Positions 14,492 to 26,864 of a DNA stretch of 64,000 nt are shown in pieces. Below the pieces are notes generated by a model. The model saw only the letters and a program-made list of their open reading frames with translations. It had not been told where the DNA came from and ran no database searches. The position numbers and the translations under genes are program-made. The first letter of the stretch is position 1. Each line of letters opens with the position of its first letter. Source of the stretch: Tubulanus polymorphus (taxonomy: Eukaryota; Animalia; Nemertea); assembly GCF_964204645.1 (NCBI RefSeq), contig NC_134025.1:23168299-23232298 (forward strand). Reading direction: 5' to 3'.

Positions 14492-15639
14492 GAATCTTGA
14501 ATGCCCAAATCAAATAAATTGGCCAACTTCAACAATATTTAATAAACAGACTTCATAGAGCGGACAGCATGTGTGCGTGCATAAGATTCATTAGGGGGCG
14601 TATTAAGCCTATTTTAGTGAGGTTGAGAAAGAGTCTCGATGGAAGAACAAGATTAATAGATTAAGATAGAGGTATTATTCAATAGGTCGCTAGTTTTTCC
14701 CTCTTATTGTTCTTCCGAAAAACTTCGATTGTCCTTCCTTCATAGTAGCATAAGTACTATTTACAAGCGTTTCTACAGTCCACATCAGCGTCAAATAGAA
14801 CCAAAACACGGTTAGAAAGGAGAGAAATGGGTGGATATTCGATCATTTTGACAGTTTACAACAGTTGACACTAAATCGGATACGGTAGAATCATACATCT
14901 TTCTTCGCTATAAGCAGGCTAAATATTATTTACTAACTATAAGCAGGACATGGATTTAATTTTGTCTTCCAAAAATATATATCACTGCAGCGGGTATGTT
15001 CCATCTCATTTCAATCATCCTCGAGTAAAGACACTAAGAAGCTGCATAATTAATCATGGTAATTTTTCGACATTTTCCAGCAGTAAAACCAGCGGTGATG
15101 CCAGTAAATGCATATCTAAAAGCAGGTTAAGGGCGAACGGTACCAGAGTCGGCGGGCGCCGGGCCCCTTGATCCTCGAACTATTCATTGACCCGATACGT
15201 CAAAAGTACTCTCAGTCCTTGGTTGTAGATAATTTGCTGAGATATCTTCTTTTAGCCATACGTACCGGTTCGGCGGCCCTGGTATGTCACGGCTGCCGAA
15301 ATTGGGACCGTGGAATCCCCTGATGAACGAAAAGACTACTTAAATACAAGATTGAACTTATGTACCGGTATATTAAGATTAGACCGTGAAGTGATCAATG
15401 AAATGAAAGATACACAAGCCAGAGACAATAGATGACTATTGAAAATGAATTGAAGAAAATTCGGTATTCTTTTTTATTGATTTCATACCATACCACCATC
15501 CTAACACTATACATCACATAAAGCAAACATAAACTTAAGTGTAACCCGGTAAATGTTTTCAAAGCTTTAGTCCTCGATTTGGTGACAAACCCATCAATAA
15601 TGTGTGTTGATTATTTTCAATGAATCTCAAATGTTCATA

Positions 15640-18600
15640 TCACATGTTTAGCGCATCTTCTGCCATTGCTCGAATATCGGTAAACGCTTTGAGCAAGAGT
15701 TGAGCAAATCTTTTCGAGTCCTGTAACGGATATAATCACATAAACCAAATTACGACAGTGAGAATGATACATCACTATCAACAGTTTTTCTCTCATTCTA
15801 AAGTTCTTACTTTGTTCTCTTGGGAAGCGTTCGATACAACGTGGATGTATATGATGCCCTCGCCAGCCATAGTATAGGAAACTGCGTAATTCGTTCGACA
15901 TATCTAATAACAGAGAGCCTATCGCATCGTAGTCGATAATTTCGATCACATCGCATTTTATAGACAGACGTAGCAGTTATTAGAATCTGCGAGGTTACGA
16001 TCCGCTAATACATACCGCCCCAACACTGCCTCCAGGAGATCCAAGTTCTGGGTATTCCTTGAGACGCATCAAACCAGTCTGATCACCGGACGACTGGACC
16101 AATCATAGATATCGTCGATTTAAAACAGATTGTACATTATCACAAGACAAAAGGTCATATCATGCAAATGTGACGATATTATCTACAAACTGCATGAATC
16201 AACTGTCACAAGTTAAAACCTCGACTAGTTGTACGAACCATCGAGTAACTTTTTTCGTGCGTATTTTTGAGAATGCTCTTTATGTATACATGTACTAACT
16301 AAATCAACCCTGATTCTAATATTACCTGAGTTGTTATCAAAAGCTCTTCGTCGTGGTTGATTAATTCAAAAAATGAAGATTTAGCTTTGACATCTTCAGC
16401 AGCACATCCAAGAGCCATGATATGTCGAGGATAGTTTCGACCTATCATCGATTTTCGAGAAATATACTGATGATGATCACACGCCTTTTTCAAAAGTGCA
16501 AATCTTTCTTCATTCTCCATAAAAGCAGAAAAGAATATCTCTCAAGATTTATTTGACTCGATTTATTGATGAGATATAAGTGATAGTTCTCTTTTACCGA
16601 TACTGTTTTATCTTCCATGGCGTTGACAAATGCTTTAGTCTCTGTATTAGACGAATGGACATTAGAAGTTCGACCATAACGAAAAAGTCGAGTCATTGTC
16701 GGTTGAAATGTAACATGAATCTTTCCATTTTCCTAAAATACCGACATTTATTTTAAGATATCGTCATTATCGTCATCATGAGACAAAATACATGTATCTA
16801 ATATTTGACTCTGGGATTTGTTTTATATCTTATTCCTTTCAACCCCAGGCCCGCAGTTGTTCCTGAACACAAAAAGAATTTGTGTTTGGAAATTAAGTTG
16901 GGATTGAAAGGGCTATCGCAGATATCGATCACTCAGCAAGAATAGTTTCTCGAAGCTAGCACGCGTCACTTAGGATCAAGCCCTAAGTCGCCCTCCTACT
17001 ACAGGATCCAAAAATACCGTCCCTCAACTTAAACCCTGCATGCATAAATTATATTTACCCGGAAGTAGGCCAGATTAATTGCCATCTGAGTGTAAGCATC
17101 CGGACTGAGGTTGATCGACTTAATGAATCCTTTGCCGTATGACATTTGTGCGAAGCAATATAGATCAATGTCAGCAATGACTTTAGTAACTTCGATATAA
17201 TTCTTTTCAATTTCCTCGATACACTAAAACGATGAGGTGATGAAATTAACGTATTTTGTACAAAGCCATGTGGAGGTAACACAATATTTGCGTATTAACC
17301 TCTTCTGGAATATCCCAGACTAGTTTTGGTGGTGGCGGTGGGTTGATTTCTGGTTCTCCGCGACAGTGGCCATCATCACGATACCTGTGATCAGCAATAC
17401 AAAAAAGACCATCGTGAAAGTGTACTTAGGTATAGCATATTTCCACATTGATACGTTATAAGAATTTCATACCCGAACTCATAAACGTCTTTGGAATACA
17501 TGTATTCAAAAACCTGAGAAGATACACTTCCATCGCCCCTGTAAGAAGAAAGCTTATCTCATCGTCGTACCAAAACCAATCATTGATACATTATACCAAA
17601 AACTTGTACCAGATGTGTGAATGTGGATGATCAATGTAAATGACCAGCACCTTGTTTTAAATACAGGGAAGTTCAAACTTACCAACTATGTTCGCCAGTA
17701 AACCCTTGCTGAAAACGAAAGTGTTCATTTAATGATTTTCACGAAAAAGTAGACAAATTTGTATTTGTCAATACCAATTCACCTTTCCATCTTTTGATAT
17801 TATGATAGTGTATGATTTATCATACCATCGATCGTGACCATTTCCATGGAGCAAGTCTTTTCCTCTTTGTGTCATGATATCAAAGTTTGGATTATTCTGT
17901 AAAATAGTAACGTATAAATGAAGTTGACTTCACTATAGATTCGTACAACGAGCGATTTCAATTTAATAAATATCATTTCCTAAGACATAACGTACCAGAT
18001 CAATGTCTTCGTATTCCCTGTCATCAAGTACAACTTCTGTAGCAGCCTATAAGATATGCAAATAATACTTTTAACCGATATATGAGGGCAACAATGTCTG
18101 TACGCATTTTCATACATTTCTATCATTTTAACTTACGAATCATAGTTGGCTAAGAAAAATAAATCAGAACCGTACCCTCTCTATCAGGTCTAGTGACGTT
18201 TTATTGAGACCTTTTGAAAAATACTTTTCCCTCACTTCAGCCCATGTATCCCGATTGCCGGCCGTTAGGGAAGCTAAAAGTTCTTCCCCTGGAGATGGAG
18301 GTTCGTCGTTATCCAGAATACTTTGAAATGCACTTAGACAAAATAGAAATACAAAATCAAACAAATGAATTACATGCATTAATCATTGAAAGTATTGGAA
18401 ACTCACATTTCTAATTCACAAGGCAGCAAAAATCTATTCTCGTATAGAAAATCCAACTTAAAATAACGACCTTTATGATATACAACGATGTGCTGTGAAT
18501 CCACGATCAAACATTCGTCTAAACGGAAACAGAAATTTTTTAGAAAAATATAGAAGACAAAAATATGGATCCAGACGAAATGTTGGAATTGTTGGATCAA

Positions 18601-20337
18601 TTAACCATTTATGTTTAGTGAGTTTAATTTGGCTACCTTGTTTTTTCCGGGGAATTCTAGTGGAACCGTGTATCCTACGAAATTGTTCAGAACAGAGTGG
18701 CACAAGCCCGTTCAAAAGCATTTGCTAAAAAGAGTTTTTGCAATACATCTAAACCAGAAAAATCCGATATCTTGGATAAACGAAAGCAGAAGGATCGAGC
18801 AGAAACATACTGGACTGAGGGATTCGTCGTCAATTTTACTTTTAAAGATCAACATAGCGTATGTCTGGTTGGCTGCTCTGGCTGCTTGGTTCCGAGTCGG
18901 TGCAAAGAATGGGGTTTCCTGTAGTACAAAATTTAGGAATTCTTTCCATTAGTTTTCGTCGTGAGATTTGAATGCAATTTTGCTTTTATGGTGTACTCAC
19001 CATTCCAAAGTAATTTCTGTTGGCGTAGAAACATGGCAACCTCGAACGAAAATAATTATGAATTCTCCACCAGTCCCCTATCTACAATTATGATTAACTA
19101 AGCAGTAAGAAAAGACTTTCTTTTAAACTTGATAGATTTGGATGAAAAATAGACATATCATTATAGTGATGTGTGAATACTCATGTCCACACACATAGAT
19201 ATCCATAAGCAACCATCTAACTGTGAGGAGTAATTGTAACTTCCTGCCGAGACCAGTTTTGAATGATTCAGCAAGTTTATTTAAAAGGTCTAACAGTTCT
19301 TCATCATCCCATTCCTGCCGTTTTACTTCAAGACTCTAATGAAAATGAAAATGAAAACCTGATCTTCAGTAACATTTTTTCTTTTCTTGAATTTAGTCCA
19401 AGGAGTGAATAAAATGATACTGACTTGTTCAACAGTTTGTTTCAGTGATGGTAGTGGTAAATACGGAAGTAGACCCTGGCAACTATACAACTGGGGTTTT
19501 CTTCCTCCCATTAAAAACTTTAAAGCTAACTATAAAATTAAAAGCGAATTTCCTTGAAAACATTGGATGAATTGTGAATGTTCGAATCTCGAGTAGTTAT
19601 CACGCATACCATCCAGAGTTTTGTTTTCTGAGACACTTCTCTTCTAACTTCGAAAATCCAACCGGTGTAAGATAGCAATCGGGTAATCGACAAACGCATC
19701 AGTTTCACTGCTATCACCCATATGATTGTTGCTGATGTAAGCGTTGACAAATACAAAATAAATCGGCCCGAAAATCGGCTGGGAATATAGTAATCACAAG
19801 GCTTAGTATCGTATTTTGTACAAACTATGATAGAAGGATCCAGTGAAATGGATTACGTCAATAATCGGTGGTTGCTTACGTGTACGTCTGCAATAACTTT
19901 TCTATCCGAGGTGTAAGTCCGAACGAAACATCTATTTCGGCTAAAGTAAACGCCAAAAATGTGCTCAACAGAAAAGCCAGACTATTCAATGTGGCTGGAT
20001 AAATTGAATTATGGATATAATTCTGAAAGCAAGAATCATTTTCTAATACTTAAGAAATTGCCAAAAAATGATCTTAAACATATCAATCAAATAAAAAGCT
20101 TTATCAAGAGTTCATCAATTGATTAAATGGTTTCTTATGTATGGTTACACTGAAACAACATTACAACAGAACAACTTCTTGGCACCGTATAAGTCGTTTT
20201 GACAGTTTTAAGGAAACGATTTCGAATGGCAGTAACCTAACAGAATGTGGCTATGAATTTACCGTGACCCGAACAACTGCCTTGTTGCGAAGATGTATTT
20301 TCTCCGGTGGACTCGCGGGAAGGATTATTTTCTTCAT
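15640..20337 (-). CDS. CPT1-derived choline/carnitine acyltransferase-family paralog A (21 coding exons, apparently intact)
   Basis: Start exon 20337-20263 [25 protein letters not shown], then [68 protein letters not shown]; catalytic micro-exon 17708-17683 QGFTGEHSW|GDG; [16 protein letters not shown]; ends DALNM* at 15640. All exons join in frame by hand translation. Confidence 0.88.
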
Positions 20338-20776
20338 ATCTTCCTATAAAAACAGCCCAAATTTTACAAATTCTGCCGATTGTAGTGGAAATCGATTTTT
20401 GTGCAATCACAAAACCATTCTGCGTAGACTGAATTCTTATAATGTTTAATCACCAGGTCCAGAATTCTAAATGTTCGACATATGCCAGAAATTAGTTTGG
20501 GGGTAGATAAATTATTAAACCAAATCTAGTATTATTTATCGTGTACATGTATATAGTTTCCATTGTGTTCACCTAAAAGTAGTTAGTGATAGTTGATGAA
20601 AAGAAACTTACCTCCGTATGATTGTTAGGTACTGATAACCGAGACACAAATGCAAAACTAGCTCCGTCATAAGTTAATATCTTTTCCTGATAATCCTCCG
20701 CTTTCCCTAGCTGATATTGGCCTCATCTGATCAAACATTAAACATCGATTTCAAATGAAAAGCTACCAGTCATTCT

Positions 20777-20809
20777 GATATCACGTTTCACGCCACGTTG
20801 CAGGTGTTT
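20777..20809 (-). promoter_or_regulatory. Conserved upstream block (TATCACGTTTCACG + E-box GCAGGTG) of paralog A; also at 26214-26243, 31879-31909 and 37529-37572
   Basis: The same two motifs lie about 140-200 bp upstream of the 5' UTR-exon donor in A-D, including D, whose 5' introns are otherwise strongly diverged. Confidence 0.55.
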
Positions 20810-21333
20810 TTAGTACAGTCAGATAGTTTTATACATAAAGTATTCATACATATTCTATTCATTGGAAATATGTAGAAAATAAATGGAATTATTATTTCAA
20901 AAAAGATAGCAATTTGAAATATCTTTCCATGATTTTAACAATATGAATAATCTAGCATGAGTTAATCAACTACTTCTAATAGAATGATGCCATTCAAACG
21001 TGATTCTTTAAATTACTTAAGAAAATGTCTTGAAAGGCTACAAAATGTCTCAATCAGGCATTTCGAGGACAACATTAACAAAACGATTCGATAGAACTTG
21101 TAATCACAAAACACAAAAAGCCACGGTAAATCTTCAAATAAATAATTGAATTTCACTCTTGAACATCTAGAAATCCATTCACCATTGAAAATGCGAGATT
21201 CTTCTTGTTGAAAATATATGATATCAACTACAATGATATTTATTTTCGAATTAGATGATGCAATCTTTATACCGCAAAATGTTAACGATTTTCGATAAAA
21301 TTGTCTGTCGCCCAGATGAATGCTATCACTCGC

Positions 21334-24300
21334 TCACATGCCAAGCGCATCTTCTACCATTTCTCGCATATCGGTAAACGCTTTGAGTAAACGGTGAGCA
21401 AATCTTTTCGAGTCCTGCAACGGATATAATTACATAAACCAAATCATTCAAGTAAGAATGTATGACATACACAACATCTACAGTTTTTCCTTTAAGAAGT
21501 TATATTCCAAAATAATGCTTACTTTATTTTCTGTGGAAACTTTCGATGAAACATGAATGTATATCATGTTTTCCCCAGACATAGTATAGAAAACTCCATA
21601 GTTGTCTTTACGTATCTGAAATAGAAATATATTCTCAACAAAATATCTCCGACTTCAATATCATCGACAGCAATATTGGATTGTCGGGTTATGTATTCAT
21701 TGCACCGATGATAAAGAAGATTAAGGATACATACTACCCCAAAACAGCCTCCTGGAGCTCCATTTTCGGGAAATTCTTTCAGACGCATCAAACCAGTCTG
21801 ATCAAGGGAAGACTGAAAAAACATATTATGTTATAATCATAATGCAAGTATTTTATAGGAATCCAAAAGAAACCTATAAGCGTTTTAAAAAGATTGAGCT
21901 ATTCCTTTTCAAAGAAAGAATCAACATCGATTCAAATACTCAACAACATTTCATCGATTTAACACGAATTGATTGAGAGTTTATGAGACGCTGGGCAACA
22001 AACGATGTATATTACTAAAATTAGGTTAAACATCTAATACCTGTGTAGCTATCAAGGTGCTATCGTCGTAGTTGATTAAATCAAGAAAGGAAGACCAAGC
22101 TTTGATATCCCGAGCAGCAAAGATCATAGCAAAAATGTGTCGAGGATAGTTTTGACCTATCATCGATTGTCGAGTAAGATACTGATGATTATCACACGCC
22201 TTTTTCAAAAGAGCAAATCTTTCTTCATTCTGCATAAAAGCAAAAAAGAATATCTCTTAAGATTTATTCGGCTCGATTAATTGATATAAGGTGTAAGTAG
22301 CTCTCTATACCGATATAGTTTTGTCTTCCATAGCGTTGACAAATGCTCTAGCCTCTGTAGTAGATGAATGTACATTAGATGTTCGACCATAACGAAAAAA
22401 TAGATTCATTGTCGGTTGATATGTAGCGTCTAGTTTTCCACATTCCTAGAATAAGCACATTTCAAATTTCAGAACAGTTTCTTAGCAATAATTTTAACTA
22501 CTCAGAGCGCGTACACGACTAAAATCTTCAAATCGCCTCCCCCCCTACATGATCCAACAATTCTGTCCTCTCGTTTTAAATCGCAAGCCAATAATTGCTT
22601 GGAGATGTGAAGTTATATTTACCCGGAAGTAGGCCAGATTAATTGCCATCTGAATATAAGCATCTGGACTGAGGTTGACAGACTTAATGAATCCTTTTCC
22701 GTATGACATTTGTGCGCAGCAATATAGATCAATTTCAGCAATGACTTCAGTAACTTCGACATAATTCTTTTCGATTTCCTCGATACACTACAATGACGAG
22801 GTAATGATATCAACGTATTTTCTATAAAGCCATGTGGAAATAACACAATATTTGTGTATTACCTCTTCTGGAATATCCCAGACTAGTTTTGATGGCGGCG
22901 GTGGGTTGATTTCTGGTTCTCCGCGGCAGTGACCATCGTCACGATACCTGATCAGCAGAAGAAAAAGACCATCCTTGAAGGTATACTTCCTGACATAGAA
23001 GTATGATATATTTCGACATTGAAACGTGATAAGAATTTCATACCCTAACTCATAAACGTCTTTGGAATAGATATGTTCAAACATTTGAGAGGTTACAGTT
23101 GCATCGCCCCTGAAAAACAGCATCAAAAGCGTTTATATTATTAATGGACACAAACCAATCCTATATGTCATACCAAAAACTTTTACTAAATATGCGAACG
23201 AGAATGACCGATATAAACAACCAGCACCTTGTTTCAAACGCAGGGAAGTTCAAACTTACCAACTATGTTCGGCAGTATACCCTTGCTAAAAACGGAAATG
23301 TTTATTTAATGATTTTACCAGAACAAAAGGAGACAAGTTTGTATTTGTGATGCCATTTCACCTTTCCATCTTTTGATATTATTATAGTGTACGATTTATC
23401 AAACCATCGGTCGTGACCATTTCCATGAAGCACATCGTTTCCTCTTTGCGTCAAGACATCAAAGTTGGGATTATTCTGCAATTTGTTGACGTATAACAGC
23501 TTCACTATTGATTCGTACAACAAGCGATTTCAATTTTAAATACATTGTTATTTCTTAAGACATACGAACCATATCCATGTCTTCGTATTCTCTGTCATCA
23601 AGTACAACTTCTGTAGCAGCCTATAAGATATGTGAATAATTCATATTATCGATCAATGTCTGTACGCATGAACTTATGAACTTTTCGTCAATTTCTATTG
23701 CCATAGCAAATCAAACATGTATACTGGGTTAAGTTCTAAATATCGTTATTTTCAAAATAAATCATAGTCAGAACCGTACCCTCTCTATCAGATCTAGTGA
23801 CGTTTTATTGAGACCTTTTGAAAAATACTTTTCCCTCACTTCAGCCCATTTATCCCGATCGCCAGCAGTTAGGGAAGCTAAAAGTTCTTCCCCTGGAGAT
23901 GGAGGTTGGTCGTTATCCAAAATACTTTGAAATACACTTAAAAAAATAAACATACAAAACTAAACGAATGAATTACATGCATTAATCATCGAAAATATTT
24001 ATTGGAAGCTTACATTTCTAATTCACACGGCAGCAAAAATCTATTCTCGTAAAGAAAATCCAACTTAAAATAACGGCCTTTATGATATACAACTATGTGC
24101 TGCGAATCCACGATCAAACATTCGTCTAAACGGAAACAAAATTTTGAGAGAAAAACCAAGATGGATCAAGATGAAGTTGTTTTGAATCTATTAACCATTT
24201 ATGTCAAGTGAGTTTCATTTGGCTACCTTGGTTTTTCCGGGGAATTCTAGTGGAACCGTGTGCCCTACGAAACTGGTCAGAACAGAGCGGCACTAGCCCG

Positions 24301-25910
24301 TTCAAAAGCATTTGCTAAAAAGTTTGTACAATACATCATTAATATCGACAGAAAATCAGATATTTTGAATAAACGAAAGCAGAAGGATTGAGTAGAAACA
24401 TACTGGACTGAGGGATTCGTCGTCAATTTTACTTTTAAGGATCAACATTGCGTATGTCTGGTTGGCTGCTCTGGCTGCTTGGTTCCGAGTCGGTACATAA
24501 AATGGAGTTTCCTGTTTGAAATTTTCCATTAGTTTTTGTCGTGAGATTTGAATTTGAATTTTACTTTTATGGTGTACTCACCATTCCAAAGTAGTTTTTG
24601 TTGCAAAAGAAACATGGCAACCTCGAACGAAAATAATTCTGAGTTCTCCACAAATCTCCAATCTACAATCATGATTAACTAAGCAGTAAGAAAAGATTCC
24701 TTTTTTATCTCGATGAATTTTGGTTAAAAATAGACATTTCATTATAGTGATATGTGAATACTCATGTCCACACACATAGATATCCGTTAGCCACGCTCTA
24801 GTTGTGAGGATATACTGTAACCATTTGCCGAGACCAGTTTTGAATGGTTCAATAAGTTTTTCAAGAACATCTAACCTTTCCTCATCATCCCATTCCTGTC
24901 GTTTTACATCAACACTCTAATGAAAATAAAAATGGAAACCTGATCTTCAGTTGTTTTTTTTCCTTGAATTTAGTCCAAGGAGTGAATAAAATGATACTGA
25001 CTTGTTCAACAGTTTGTTTCAGTGATGGTAGTGGTAAATACGGAAGTAGACCCTGGCAACTATACAACTGGGGTTTTCTTCCTCCCATTAAAAACTTTAA
25101 AGCTAACTAAAATCAAAAGCGAATTTCCTTTAGAAATCGTATGAATTTTGAATGCTCGAATCTCGAGTATATCACGCATACCATCCAGATTTTTGTTTTC
25201 TGAGACGCTTCTCTTCTAACTTCGAAAATCCAATCGGTATAGGATAGCAATCGGGTAATCAACATACGCATCAGTTTCACTGCTATCATCCATATGATTG
25301 TTGCAGATGTAACCGTTGCCAAATAGAAAATAGATCGGCCCGAAAATCGGCTGGGAATATATCAATAACAAGGCTTGATATCGTATTTTGTACAAAATAT
25401 GGCAAAAGGATTCAGTAAAATGAATTACGCCTATAATCGATGGTTGCTTACGTGTAGGTCTGCAATAACTTTTCTATCCGAGGTGTAAGTCCGAACGAAA
25501 CATCTATTTCGGCGATTGTAAACGCCAAAAATGTGCTCAAAAGAAAAGCCAGACTGTTTAATGTGGCTGGGTAAATTGAATTATGGATATAATTCTGAAA
25601 GTAAGAATCATACTCTAATTCTTAAGGAATTACCAAAAATGATCTTAAACATATCAATCAAATAGAAAGCTTTATCAAGAGTTCATCAGTTGATTAAATG
25701 GTTTCTAATGTATGGTTACACTGAAACAACATAACATAGTAATAACAACTTTTGGCACCGTAAAAGTCGTTTTGACAGTTTTCAGGAAACGATTTCGAAT
25801 GACCGTAACCTAACAGAATATGGCTATGAATTTACCGTGACCCGAACAACTGCCTTGTTGCGAAGATATCTTTTCTTCGGTGGTCCCGCGGGAAGGATTA
25901 TTTTCTTCAT
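21334..25910 (-). CDS. CPT1-derived acyltransferase paralog B (chimeric: A-like 5' part, D-like 3' end)
   Basis: Start [25 protein letters not shown] (ATG 25910); micro-exon 23285-23260 QGYTAEHSW|GDA; [20 protein letters not shown]; GQNYPRH; LIATQ; PGGCFGV; ends DALGM* at 21334. Same intron positions as A. Confidence 0.88.
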
Positions 25911-26332
25911 CTCCTCCTATTAAAACGGCCAAAGTTTTACGAATTCTTCCGATTGTAGTGAAATCGATTTATTGTCAATCCTATGCATGTAGTTTCCAGA
26001 ACAATTAAAATAAAGGTAGTTAGTGATAGTTCATCAAAAGAAACTTACCTCCGTATGATTGTTAGGTACTGATAACCGAGCCACAAATGCGAAACTAGCT
26101 CCGTCATAAGTTAATATCTTTCCCTGATAATCCCCTTTCCCTAACTGATATTGGTCTCATCTGCATCAAACACTAAACTTCGGCTTCAAATGAAAAGCTA
26201 CCCGTCATTCTGGTATCACGTTTCACGACAAGTTGCAGGTGTTCCTAGTACAGATAAAAAGTTCAATCCTCGGTGGAGAGTTCAAATGATTTAAAAATGA
26301 TTTAAAAATCCATAGAAGAACAAACAGTTATA

Positions 26333-26506
<174 letters not shown>

Positions 26507-26864
26507 ATTCAAATTTGATTTTTCAAATTACGTAAGAAAATGAAATGTTTTGAAAAGACTAAAAAGAATGAATTAGTTATCAATTCGAGGACAATATTAA
26601 CAAATCTATTGAATAGACTTTGTTATCACAAACCACAAAAAGCCACCGTCAATCTTGAACTAAATGAAATAAATAATACAATTTCACTTTTGAACATCTA
26701 GAAATCCATTCACCAATGAAAATGCGAGATTCTTCTCGTTGAAAATATGTGATATTAACTACAATGAATTTTATTTTCGAATTTGATGATGCAATCTTTA
26801 TATCGCAAAATGTTAACGATTTTCGATGAAATTGTCTGTCACAAAGATAAATGCTATCGCGCGC

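Noticed and set aside
21140-21333. SECIS or selenocysteine readthrough (all six CPT1-family genes end in TGA)
   Set aside because: The TGA stops fall at the expected C-terminus, and no SECIS core (AUGA...AA...GA stem) was evident in the B 3' UTR inspected.
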